Below, piece by piece: positions 49,542 to 61,792 of a stretch of 64,000 nt of DNA. How positions within the stretch are numbered: position 1 is the first letter of the stretch; each line of letters opens with the position of its first letter. A program made the position numbers and the translations under genes. The notes under the pieces were generated by a model. That model was not told the origin of the DNA. It ran no database searches and worked only from the letters and a program-made list of their open reading frames with translations. This stretch comes from Squalus acanthias (lineage: Eukaryota). The DNA is taken from the NCBI GenBank assembly GCA_030390025.1, contig CM059431.1, positions 99,450,001-99,514,000 on the forward strand, given 5' to 3'.

Positions 49542-50739
49542 AATGTGTTTATAAGACATTCCTTTGTCCCCTATATAGCGGAGGTGTTAAAATAACTGCT
49601 TAACATCTGTGTTAGACTTGTAGACAGAGAAATGAAAGCAAGACTTGCATTTCTCCAGCGCCTTTCACGACCTCAGGACGTCCCAAAGCGCTTTACAGCC
49701 AATGAAGTGATGCTGGTTGAGGGATAAATATTGGCCAGCACACTGACACAGGTAGGCTTTCAGGAGCATCTTGAAGGAGGAGAGAGAGGCGGAGAGGTTT
49801 AGGGAGGGAATTCCAGATGGGGAGGTGGCAGGATATACTCTGATCAGGGTGAGTCTGCACATAGTGGAAGCCATGGAGGCTCACTCTATTCACAGTGCTG
49901 TTCTGGGAGACACAGCCAACCAGATTGGGAACATGAGCAGAACCCCTCTATTGTGCAGGGATAAGCAGCATTGTGGGTACACCCTTGCCTCCTTGGTGTG
50001 AGCAGGGGGGAGTTCTCCCCGGTGTCCTGGGGCTATAATTTATCCCTCAATCAACATCACTAAAAACAGGATTATCTGGTCATTATCACATTGCTGTTTG
50101 TGGGAGCTTGCTGTGTGCAAATTGGCTGCCGCGTTTCCTACATTACAACAGTGACTACACTTCAAAAAGTACTTCATTGGCTGTAAAGCGCTTTGGGACA
50201 TTCTGAAGGTGTGTAAGGCGCTGGAGAAATGCAAGTTCTTTCTTATCTCTTTGACCAAGCTTTTGACCACCGGCTCTAATGTCTCCTTCAACGGCTCTGT
50301 GAAATTTGATCTGATGACGCTAATGCGAAGCGCCTTAAGACGTTTTACTATGTTAAAAGCGCGAAATAAACGCAAGTTGTTGATGTTGTTCCCACCGGCA
50401 GGATGTGTGATGAATCCCCTTTATCATTCTAGAATTGGATCGCCTGTGATTTTTCATAGGTTTGGGGTTAAAATCCTGCTGCTAATTTTGGTGAAAAAGC
50501 CAGCATGAGTGCAAATCAGTGAGCACCACTTTCTCCGCCCGCCGACTTGATGGTTAACGTTACAGGGATGGAGGAATTTCACCAAACAAGGAGGAAGAAA
50601 GTTTCCCATGTGTACTGGGTCAGGAATTTTATACACCTAATTCTTTATGCAGATGTTTAGGAGTTTGATTCATCTAGTACACACCTAGCCATCCCCCAAG
50701 GTATCTCAACACCACTCTCAACAACAACAACAACTTGTA

Positions 50740-51661
50740 CAGAAAGAAAATACTGCAGATGCTGTAAATCTGAAATAAAAACAGAAAATGTTGGAGATAC
50801 TCAGCAGGTCAGGCAGCATCTGTGAAGAGAGAAACAGAGTTAACGTTTCAGGTCGATGACCTTTCGTCAGAACTGGAAAAAAGCAGGAAATGGAACAGAT
50901 TTTTAAGCAAGTGTAGGGGCTGGGAAAGGGGGGAGGAGATGAAAGAACAAAAGGGAAGGTCTGTGATAGGCTGGAAGGCAGGAGATGTTAAGAGACGTTA
51001 AGAGATATTAAGAGATATTCAAGGCAAAAGGAGATGGTAATGGGACAGGTTAAGAAACAAAGGATGGCTCTAGATGAAGTGTAAATTGCGCTGGCAGAAT
51101 GAAAGACAGCTGCCATGTGGGAGAGAAGAAAAGACACAAACAAAAAAAAAGTGTGGAAAAAAATATATATATGATAGGGGCCGAGGTTATGATCTGAAAT
51201 TGTTGAACTCGATGTTGAGTCCAGAAGGCTGTAAAATGCCTAATCGAAAGATGAGGTGCTGTTCCTCGAGCTTACGCTGAGCTTCAGTGGAACAATGCAA
51301 GAGGCCGAGGACAGTGAGGTCAGAGTGGGAGTGAAGCAGTGAATTAAAGTGACAAGCGACCGGAAACTCGGGGTCCCCCTTACGGACTGAACGGAGGTGT
51401 TCCGCAAAGCGGTCACCCAATCTGCGTTTGGTCTCCCCAATGTAGAGGAGACCGCATCGTGAGCAGCGAATACAGTATACTAAATTGCAAGAAGTACAAG
51501 TAAATCACTGTTTCACCTGGAAGGGGTGTTTGGGGCCCTGGACAGTGGGAAGGGGGGAGGTATAAGGGCATGTGTTGCATCTCCTGCGCTTGCACGGGAA
51601 GGTGCCGGGCGAAGGGGAAGGGGTGTTGGGGGTGATAGAGGAGTGGACCAGGGTGTCGCGG
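50740..51661 (-). mobile_element. Penelope-like element 3' part: GIY-YIG endonuclease remnant plus pLTR
   Basis: YIGETKRRLGDRFAEHLRSV...PVACHFN...RKLEEQHLIFRLGILQPSGLNIEF; 7-bp TSD acttgta (50733-50739 and 51662-51668). Confidence 0.9.
50838..50874 (-). ncRNA. Minimal type I hammerhead ribozyme motif in Penelope pLTR
   Basis: Minus strand: AGUU CUGACGA A AGGUC AUC GACCU GAA ACGU U^ AACU, giving the core boxes, a 5-bp stem II, palindromic ACGU stem III and stem I AGUU/AACU. Confidence 0.75.
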
Positions 51662-52569
51662 ACTTGTATTTATATAGCGCCTTTAATGTAGTAAAACGTC
51701 CCAAGGCGCTTCATGGGAGTGTTATCAAACAAAAAATTTGACACCGAGCCACATAAGGAGATATTAGGGACAGGCGACCAAAAGCTTGGTCAAAGAAATC
51801 GGTTTCAAGGAGCGTCTTGGAGGAGAGAGAGGTAGAGAGGTTTAGGGAGGGAATTCCAGAGCTTAGGGCCCAGGCAGCTGAAGGCACGGCCGCCAATGGT
51901 GGAGTGATTATAATCAGGGATGCTCAAGAGGCCAGAATTAGAGGAGCGCAGATATCTTGGAGGGTTGTGGGGCTGGAGGAGATTACAGAGATAGGGAGGG
52001 GGGAGGCCATGGAGTGATTTGAAAACAAGGATCAGAATTATAAAATTGCTGCCGGACCGGGAGCCAATGTAGGTCAGCGAGCACAGGGGGTGATGGGTGA
52101 ACGGGACTCGGTGCGAGTTAGGACACAGGGCAGCCGAGTTTTGGATGAGCTGAAGTTTACGCAGGGTGGAAGGTGGGGCCAGGAGAGCGTTGGCATAGTC
52201 CAGTCTGGAGGTAACAAAGGCACGGATAAGGGTTTCAGCAGCAGATTTACTCCAGATACACTCAAGTCAAATTGTAATAACATACGGCCTAATGATGCAG
52301 AATACCATATTCTGGAAGGCTTTCAAACTTGACCTGCACAACTACTCTGTGAGTCTTAATTGGGGGACGGAGTAAATCACATGCAGGAGCCCGGTATTAA
52401 TCAACTGATTCATGTTGATTAAGTGCTTCTCTCAACTGCTATTTATAAACTGTTTTCCTGTTCCAGCATTCATTCCTTGGGAGCTTTGCAGGTTTCTGAC
52501 TTATTAAGGACAAAATCTTTTCCTAAGTTTCCGTAGGTTTCAACTAGTTTACATCCAAGGCTTTAACAG

Positions 52570-53634
52570 GAAAAGAAAGACAGAACTTGCATTTCTATAG
52601 CGCCTTTCACAACCTCAGGACACCCCAAAGTGCTTTACAGCCAATGAAGTACTTTTGAAGTGTAGTCGCTGTTGTAATGTAGGAAACACGGCAGCCAATT
52701 TGCGCACAGCAAGATCCCACAAACAGGATTGTGATAATGACCAGATAGTCTGTTTTAGTGATGTTGATTGAGGGATAAATATTGGCCCCAGGACACCGGG
52801 GAGAACTCCTCTGCTCTTCTTCGAAATAGTGGCCATGGGATCTTTTACATCCACCCGAGAGAGCAGATGGAACCTTGGTTTAACGTTTCATCTGAAAGAC
52901 GGCACCTCCGACAGTGCAACGCTCCCTCAGTACCGCCCCTCTGACAGTGTAGCACTCCCTCAGTACTGTCCCTCTGACAGTGCGGCTCTCCCTCAGTACC
53001 GCCCCTCCGACAGTGCAGCGCTCCCTCAGTACTGCCCCTCCGACAGTGCGGCGCTCCCTCAGTACTGCCCCTCCGACAGTGCGGCGCTCCCTCAGTACTG
53101 CCCCTCCGACAGTGTGGTACTCCCTCAGTACTGCCCCTCCGACAGTGTGGTACTCCCTCAGTACTGCCCCTCCGACAGTGTGGCACTCCCTCAGTACTGC
53201 CCCTCCGACAGTGCGGCGCTCCCTCAGTACTGCCCCTCTGACAGTGCAGCGCTCCCTCAGTACTGCCCCTCCGACAGTGCGGCGCTCCCTCAGTACTGCC
53301 CCTCCGACAGTGTGGCACTCCCTCAGTACTGCCCCTCCGACAGTGCGGCATTCCCTCAGTACTGCCCCTCCGACAGTGTGGTACTCCCTCAGTACTGCCC
53401 CTCCGACAGTGCGGCACTCCCTCAGTACTGCCCCTCCGACAGTGCGGCGCTCCCTCAGTACTGCCCCTCCGACAGTGCAGCGCTCCCTCAGTACTGACCC
53501 TCCGACAATGCGGCTCTCCCTCAGTACTGCCCCTCCCACAGTGCGGCACTCCCTCAGTTCTGCACTGGGAGTGACAGCCTAGATTAAGTTCTCGAGTCTC
53601 TGGAGTGGGACTACCCACTGAGCCACGGTTGACA
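52570..53634 (-). mobile_element. Near-full-length DeuSINE (SacSINE1-like) with internal 33-bp array
   Basis: tRNA-like head gtgtcaaccgtggctcagtgggtag (partly deleted), Deu domain and L2-like tail. Confidence 0.85.
52903..53563. repeat. 33-bp minisatellite, about 20 copies, SINE-derived
   Basis: Unit ccctccgacagtgcggcgctccctcagtactgc. Confidence 0.95.
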
Positions 53635-53784
53635 CGCCGTGTCCTACTGTGGCTACTGGGTGGATAATATGGCCGTGTTTCCAATAGATAGCGAAATATA
53701 TGGGGGTGAATTTCCATGAAAGATCATCTGATCGTCCGTCGTAACTTTAGAAGAAGTTCCATGGATGGTATCTTCCACTATCCA

Positions 53785-54880
53785 TAACCTTCAGCTCATC
53801 AAAACTCTGCTGCCCGTCTCCAATCCCACACCAGGTCCTGTCACCCATCACCCCTGTGCTCACTGACATACAATGGTTCCCAGTTCCCCAAAGTCCTTAA
53901 ATTTGAAATTCTCCTTATTGGCAGTGTCTTCCCCCTCCCTATCTCTCCAACCTCCTCCAGCCCTATAGCATCCTCCGAAACTCTGCATTCCTCTGGCCTC
54001 TTGTGCACCGACCTCACTCTTTGCCCCACCATTTGTGGCCGTGCCTTCAGGTGTCTAGACTCCACACGCTGGAATTTCCTCTCTCTGCCTCTTCCGCCTC
54101 TTTCTCTTCCGCCTCCCACTCCCCCTTCCTCGGCCTCCTTGTCCCCCTTCCTCCCACTCCCTCTCCCCCTCCCTAATCTGCTCTGCCTCTCCCCATCCAT
54201 CTCTCCTTTCCTAACCTCCTCCGTCTCTGCCTCTCCCCTCCCTCTCTACCTCCCTTTCGCCCTCTCTCCCCCTCCCCTCCTCTGACTATCCCCCCATCCC
54301 CCCTTATTAACCTCTCCGCCTCTCCCTCTTCCCCTCCCTCTCCCTCGCTCCCTCTCTCCCTCTCCACCTCTCCCACTTCCCCCTTTCTCCCCCTATGCTC
54401 CCCTCTCCTTCTCCACCTCTCCCAACCCCTTCTACCTCCCTTTCCCCCTCTCTCCCTCTCCCCCTCACCCCCTCTGCCTCTCCCCTCCATCCCCCCTCCC
54501 TAACCTCTTCTGGCTCACCCTCATCTTCTCCCTCTCCACCACCACCTCTCCCTCTCTCCCTCTCCCTCTCCACCACCACCTCTCCCTCTCCCTCTCCCTC
54601 TCTCCCTCTCTCCCTCTCCCTCTCCACTTCTCCCTCCTTCCCTCTCCACCTCTTTCTCCCCCCCACACTCCTCTCTCCCTCTCCACCTCTCCACCTTTTC
54701 CCCCTCTTTCTCCCCTCTCTCTCTCCACCTGAAAAGCTATCGTTTCAACCAAGCTTGTGGTCACCTCTCCGAAAATCTCCTTCTTTGATGCGCTATTAAT
54801 TTTCCTCCTTGTGTCTCTGTGACGTGTCTTAGCATGGTTCTTTATATGTTAAAGCCACTATATAAATTAAAGTTGTTTAT
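53785..54880 (+). mobile_element. Older L2 3' fragment containing an expanded pyrimidine tract
   Basis: ITPVLTDIQWFPV...GRAFRCLDSTRWN before the tract; accaagcttgtggtcacc...tatataaattaaagttg after it. Confidence 0.75.
54075..54730. repeat. ~650-bp polypyrimidine/polypurine low-complexity tract
   Basis: Almost entirely C and T on the + strand, with ctccct/ctctcc motifs. Confidence 0.95.
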
Positions 54881-56881
54881 TCATTTAAATAATGATGTAT
54901 AATATCTAAGACATTTAGATATTACGCTGATACCCTTTTGCCATTTTGTAGATTTAATGTTTAATAACATACGGTACTTACCAATAAAGTATATTTAAAA
55001 CAGTATTGATTTCAGAGATTTTTAAATCTTCCAAACATACCTACACCCTCAGACCATGGTTCCTTGGCAACCTCAGAAACAGGAATGGAAGGGGTGGGGT
55101 TAAACGTGTGGAGATCTTTAAACCCCATCTTTCAAGGAAATTGGCAAAAGGGGAGATGAGGAGAATGTTTTTACACGGCGAGTTGTTGTGATCTGGAATG
55201 CGCTGTCTGAAAGGGCGGTGGAAGCAGATTCAATATTAACATTCAAAAGAGAATTGGATAAATATTTGAAAAGGAAACATTTACAGGGCTATGGGGAAAG
55301 AGCAGAGGAGTGAGACTAATTGGAGAGCTCATTCAAAGAGCCGGCACAGGCACGATGGGCCGAATGGCCTCCTTCTGTGCTGTAGGATTCTATGATTCTA
55401 TGATCAGTGCCATTTATTAGAAGCATATGTTGCAGAGTTCAATCTCGAATTTCTTCGACAGCATCTCCCAAACACGCGACCTCAACCACCTAGAAGGACA
55501 AGGGCAGCAGGCGCATGGGAACACCACCACCTCCAAGTTCCCCTCCAAGTCACACACCAACCTGACTTGGTGATATATCGGCCGTTCCTTCATCGTCACT
55601 GGGTCAAAATCCTGGAACTCCCTCCCTAACAGCACTGTGGGAGCACCTTCACCACACGGCCTGCAGCGGTTCAAGCAAGGCAGCTCACCACCACCTTCTC
55701 AAGGGTAACTAGGGATGGACAATAAATGCTGGCCCTGCCAGCGACGCCCACATCCTGAGAATGAATTAAAAAAAATAACATTTCTGAGACTGACTATATT
55801 TGAAATCTAATTTTTTGATCAGACAATGCTGAAATATTAAACTTTAAAAATACAGTTTTTGAGATCTCTGTATTACTGCAAGATGAGTGTCAATTTGCCT
55901 ATAGGCAGTGCTGTACTGTACTCCAGCACCCTGATCTAATCAAAAAATTAGGAACATCGGAGAATAGGAACAGCAGAGGGGTGTTCAGCCCCTCGAGCCT
56001 GCTCCGCCATTCAATTAGATCCTGGCTGATCTGTGTCTTAACTCCATCAGCCCGCCTTGGTTCCGTATCCCTTAATACCCTTACCCAACAAAAATCTATC
56101 AATTCTAATGCACCAAACCACAATGCGCTTGTATAGAATTCCTGATCTTCTATTGTGTAGAATTACTGATCCAAGCATAAAACATTCCCTGATTGTCCAT
56201 GTTGAATGCACGGCAGGTGAAATGGAGTCTATCTACTGCTGCATTACATCGAAAGGAAGCACCAGCGCTTTGATGTCTAATCACTTGTGTGTAAAATATA
56301 TCTTTAGCTTGCTGTTCTCTGTGGGTTTGTGGTGGTGTTGTTGAGTTATTGATTAGCTGGACTGCAGTGCATGGATTGACAGTTTTTTAAATCTAAGTTT
56401 GCAAACACCTCGAGCGAAGCATAATCCTGATCCAAGCAAAGTGCTTTTGGGGGGAAACGAGCTACACATTTACTGTTGTTGTATTTCTCAAGTCCTTGAT
56501 AATCCTGCAACCAACTTCTAGCACACGTGAAAGTGACGAGAAGTCAAGCTTTTGGTCACCTGGCGTCTTCCTGTGTGGACGCGTGTCAGACTTTGGTAAT
56601 CACTCCCGTGTGGCGCCTTGGGACGTTTTGCCACGTTGGGGGCGCGACATAAATGCAAGGTATTGTTGTTCGTGCATGTATTAAAGCAGTGAAAGGGTGG
56701 TGGAGGCAGGAACCCTCACAACATTCAAGAAGCATTTAGATGAGCACTTGAAACGCCATAGCATACAAGGCTATGGACCAAGTGCTGGAAAATGGGATTA
56801 GAATAGACAGGGCTTGATGGCCGGCGCGGACACGATGGGCCGAAGGGCCTCTTTCTGTGCTGTATAACTCTATGACTCTAA

Positions 56882-57650
56882 GGGCTCGATTTTGCCAGGC
56901 CCGAGGAGGTGGGAATGGAGGCGTGTGGGGTGTTAAAATTGCAAAAAATGGTGGGCGGGCCCGACCCCGCCTCCATCCCGCCTCCGAGCAATTTTCCCAA
57001 ATGTGTGGTTTCTGATCCCGTCTCCGTCCCACCTCCAAGAGGCGGGATAGGCCCTTAAGGCCCTTAACAACCACTTAATTGCCTCTATAATCCCATTTTG
57101 AGAGGCCTTTCTGATTTTAACACTTTTCCGACGTGATGCACGCCTCCTCTGAAACACGACGGTGAAACCTGGCGGTAGCACACTTGGATTGCTGACTATC
57201 AGCTGCAGGTCCACCATTAAGAAGGAGATTTGATCAATCATCATTCTGAGGGAACTTTTAGCAGTCATAACCATTGTTGTGGAAGTTTGGAGCCTGGAGG
57301 AGGAGGAGGGGTGATGGTAGTAGTGGTGGCAGTGGTGGTGGTGGTGAAAAAAAAATTTGGGCACAGACTTAGGTCTCCTGCTGCTCATTTTTGCCTCCAG
57401 GTCCCTCTCACAGTAAAGGTCAAAAGGTTCCCAGTCTTTGCAGAACTTAAATGCAGCAGCAATGATGTCATCATCAGAGGCGACTTTCAGACTGAAAACA
57501 CTAATTGGGTCATGGGTTCCCACATGCTGGAACTCAATTGCCCAATTAGGGGAAAATCGAATAATTCTCCCACATCCAATTGGAGTTGGGTGGCTAACAC
57601 GAAAAGCGGATGACACGACCCCAGCCCGCCCCAATGACAAAATCGAGCCC
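56882..57650. mobile_element. Non-autonomous derivative (769 bp) of the 29842-32324 Harbinger
   Basis: Perfect TIR gggctcgattttg / caaaatcgagccc; flanks taa/tat; left ~410 bp aligns with 29842-30285 and right ~300 bp with 32030-32324. Confidence 0.92.
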
Positions 57651-57924
57651 TATGACTCAATGACAGTTTAATACAGGACATTCTAAATGATGAGGTTTGG
57701 CAGAAGGAAGGTTGATGTACATTCCGAGCCACCGCATAATCCACTTGAGTGTTCCTTGCAGGAGAGAGATCTTGGGGGGTGTCAGTGGACAGATTACTGA
57801 AACCATCAGCACAATGTTTCCAAGCTGCAGAGGCCCATGTTCCAACGGATATTAAGGCGATTACTATCATTCCATTAAAGTCAAAATACAATGATGGGAG
57901 CGACCGGTTCTAAACATAGTGAAT

Positions 57925-58378
57925 TAAAATCCCTGGGATGAGAGAGTTGTCCTATGAGGAGAGATTGAGTAGATTGGGCCTAAACTCACTGGAGTTTAGA
58001 AGAATAAGAGGCGATCTCATTCTGAGAGGGCTTGACAGGGTAGATGTTTCCCCTGGCTGGAGAGTCTAGGACTAGGGGTCACAGTCTCAGGATAAAGGGT
58101 CGGCCATTTAAGACTGAGATGAGGAGAGATTTCTTCACTCGGAGGGTTGTGAATCTCTGGAATTCTCTGACCTAGATGGCTGTGGATGCTGAGTCTTTGA
58201 GTATATTCAAGGCTGAGATCGATAGATTTTTGGACTCTAGGGGAATCAAGGGATATGGGGATAGTGCAGGAAAGTGGAGTTGAGGTTGAAGATCAGCCAT
58301 GATCTTATTGAATGGCGGAGCAGGCTCGAGGGGCCATATGGCTGACTCCTGTTCTTATTCTTAGGTTTTTATGTTCTT
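57925..58378 (+). mobile_element. CR1 3' fragment
   Basis: LSYEERLSRLGL..LEFRRIRGDLI; typical 3' UTR and tail. Confidence 0.85.
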
Positions 58379-58887
58379 AAAATGTGACTCAAAGATAGTT
58401 GCAGAGCCTCAATAGTGTGTATATGTCAAATTTAAGCAAATATATAAATACTGTGTTGATTTTCAAAATTCTGCAGTAGGCTTGGATCATTTTTGGAAGT
58501 ACATTGTTTGGGATCTCATTTGAAACGTTGACCCCCCACAGCTTGGAAACATTTTTGTTTCGATGGGGTTAGGTGAAGAGGGGTGGAAAAGGATCGTGAA
58601 TTTCCCCACGTTCATGCAATGAAGAACCTTGCATATTGAATTTCACGCATTGAATATGTTTCTAACAGAAAAATAAAATCGTGTGTCACACTTTGCTCAT
58701 AGACTCAAATAGCAACTTAATCATATTGGATTGTGATACACTTAAAGTGCACTAAGTACATTAATAAACTAAAGGTCAGCTCCCGGTTTAATCGTCAATT
58801 TTAACTGCACAATTATCCAAATCTAGTGAGACAGTAACATTGCCTGCGAAGAAAAAAAGGAAGACTTTATATAACGCCTTTCACGAC

Positions 58888-60043
58888 CTCATAAGAGATT
58901 AGCGTGCAAAGTTAAAGCACACGGGATTGGGGGTAAGGTACTGTCTTGGATAGAGAACTGGTTGGCAGATGGGAATCAAAGAGTTGGAATAAACGGGTCT
59001 TTTTCCGAGTGGCAGGCAGTGACTAGTGGGGTACCGCAGGGATCGGTGCTAGGACCCCAGCTATTCACAATATATATAAATGATCTAGACGAGGGAACTA
59101 GATGTAATATCTCCAAGTTTGCAAACGACACAAAGTTGGGTGGGCGTGTGTGTTGTGAGGAGGATGCAGAGAAACTCCAATATGATTTGGACAGGTTGGG
59201 TGATTGGGCAGATGCATGGCAAATGCAGTATAATGTGGATAAATGCGAGGTGGCAAAAACAGGAAGACAGATTATTATCTGAACGGCAATAGATTGGGAA
59301 AAGGGGAAGTGCAACGAGACCTGGGTGTCCTTGTGCACCAGTCGCTGAAGGTAAGCATGCAGGTGCAGCAGGCGGTTAAGAAGGCAAATGGTATGTTGGC
59401 CTTCATAGCGAGAGGATTCGAGTACAGGAGCAAGGATGTCTTGCTACAGTTGTACAGGGCCTTGGTGAGACCACACCTTGAGTATTGTGTGCAGTTTTGG
59501 TCACCTTATCTGAGGAAGGATGTTCTTGCCATGGAGAGAGTGCAGCGAAGATTCACCAGACTGATACCTGGGATGGCAGGAATGACGTATGAGGAGAGAT
59601 TGGGTCGATTAGGCTTATATTCGCAAGAGTTTAGAAGAATGAGAGGGGATCTCATTGAAACTTATAAATTTCTAACAGGACTAGACAGACTAGATGCAGG
59701 AAGGATGTTCCCGATGGCGGGGGAGTCCAGAACCAGGAGTCACAGTCTAAGGATAAGGGGTAATCCATTTAGGACAGAGATGAGGAGGAATTTCTTCACC
59801 CAGAGAGTGGTGAACCTGCGGAATTCTCTACCACACAAGGCAGTTGAGGCCAATTCATTAAATATATTCAAGAAGGAGTTAGATATATTTCTTAAGGCTA
59901 AAGGGATCAAGGGATATGGGGATAAAGCAGGGACAGGGTACTGAATTTGGATGATCAGCCATGATCTCATTAAATGACGGAACAGGCTTGAGGGGCCGAA
60001 TGGCCTACTCCTGCTCCTATCTTCTATGTTTCTATGTTTCTAT
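58888..60043 (+). mobile_element. CR1 RT/3' fragment, relatively young
   Basis: ORFs 58962-59282 ([10 protein letters not shown]) and 59243-59944; (ttctatgt)n tail. Confidence 0.92.
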
Positions 60044-60800
60044 GACCTCAGGACGTCCCAAAGCGCTTTACAGCCAATGAGGTACTTTTTTGAAGTCTAG
60101 TCACTGTTGTAATGTGGGAAACGTGGCAGCCAATTTGCGCACAGTAAGCTCCCACAAACAGCAGTGTGATAATGACCTGATAAGCTGTTTTAGTGATGTT
60201 GGTTGAGGGATAAATATTGGCGCCAGGACACCGGGGGGAACTCCCCTGCTCCTCTTCGAAGAGTGCCATGGGATCTTTTACATCAGAGAGATCTGAGCGA
60301 TCAGACCCTGCCTCGGTTTAACATCTCATCCGAAAGACGGCACCTCCAACAGTGCAGCGCTCCCTCAGTACTGCCCCCCTGACAGTGCAGTGCTCCCTCA
60401 GTACTGCCCCTCCGACAGTGCAGCGCTCCCTCAGTACTGCCCCTCCGACAGTGCAGCGCTCCCTCAGTACTGCCCCTCCGACAGTGCGGCGCTCCCTCAG
60501 TACAGCCCCTCCGAAAGTGCAGCACTCCCTCAGTACTGCCCCCCTGACAGTGCAGTGCTCCCTCAGTACTGCCCCTCCGACAGTGCAGTGCTCCCTCAGT
60601 ACTGCCCCTCCGACAGTGCAGCGCTCCCTCAGTACTGCCCCTCCGACAGTGCAGTGCTCCCTCAGTACTGCCCCTCCGACAGTGCGGCGCTCCCTCAGTA
60701 CTGCCCCGCCGACAGTGCGGCGCTCCCTCAGTACTGCCCCGCCGACAGTGCAGCACTCCCTCAGTCCTGCCCCTCCGACAGTGCAGCGCTCCCTCAGTAC
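60044..60800 (-). mobile_element. DeuSINE lacking its head, ending in a 33-bp array (about 14 copies, 60341-60800)
   Basis: Same Deu domain and same repeat unit as 52570-53634. Confidence 0.88.
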
Positions 60801-61214
60801 AGAAGTGAAAACTATTGCAAAGCATCCATTTAGCATAACCCTTAAAAAGGCTAATATAGCCCTTGATCTCAGACTCCGAACATAAGTGGAAAAACACCTC
60901 GTTCTCACCATTGCAGTTTCCCACTATCCAGTGACATCCTGGTATTCCTAACATGGGTTTTTTCTAAGTTTTAATTTTTTTTTTAAAGCTTTTTTTTAAG
61001 TTTAATAATGCAGGCTAGTTCTGAAAAATCATTGGGTTCCTCCTTCAGCCTCATCCTGTTCTTCTGCTATGAGGAGGAATCAGAGGAAGGTCAGGAGGCC
61101 AACGATGTGATGCCAGGCTGAACAGGCCACACTGGCAGCCTCCAGCCCCCATCACTGGTACCCGCACCTCCCTGTTTACAAATCCAGGCAGGACTAATTC
61201 ACCACGACTACTCA

Positions 61215-61792
61215 ACGACAACAACAAAAACAACTTGCACTTGTATAGCACCTTTAACGTCGGCAAATGGCCCAAGGCGCTTCACAGGAGCGTAATGAAA
61301 CTATTAGGACAGTTGAAGGAGCATCTTAAAGGAGGAGAGAGATGTGGAGTTGCCGAGAGGTTTAAGGAGGGAATTCCAGAGCTTAGGGCCCAGACAGCTG
61401 AAGGCACGGCCGCCAATGGTGGAGCGATTAAAATCGGGGATGCTCAAGAGTCCAGAATTGGAGGAGCGCAGAGATCTCTGGGGTTGTAGGGCTGGAGGAG
61501 GTTACAGAGATAGGGAGGGGCGAGGCCATGGAGGAATTTGAAAACAAGGATGAGAATTTTAAAATCGAGGCGTTGCTGTGCTGGATATCAATATAGGTCA
61601 GCGAGCACAGGGGTGATGGATGAACAGGACTTGGTGCGTGTTAGGATATGGGCCACAGAGTTTTAGATGAGCTCAAGTTTATGCAGGGTAGAACGCGGGA
61701 GGCCGGCCAGGAGAGCGTTGGAATAGTCGAGTTTGGAGGCAACAAAGGCCTGGGTGAGGGTTTAAGTGGCAGATGAGCTGAGGCAGAGGGGC
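61215..61792 (-). mobile_element. L2-clade LINE 3' fragment
   Basis: Colinear with 51662-52245. Confidence 0.85.

Larger units (their letters stand above)
50719..52245 (-). mobile_element. L2-clade LINE 3' part whose tail is split by a Penelope insertion
   Basis: (caa)n tail at 50719; resumes at 51662 with acttgtatttatatagcgcc. Confidence 0.85.

Noticed and set aside
52829..53717. Repeat ORFs (CPSDSAALPQY)n and (HCRRGSTEGAP)n, also at 60301-60954
   Set aside because: The 33-bp SINE-derived unit is stop-free in several frames, which indicates a repeat artefact.
53841..54799. Pro/Ser/Leu-rich and Glu/Arg/Gly-rich ORFs; also the Pro-rich ORF at 681-968
   Set aside because: These are translations of low-complexity C/T tracts.
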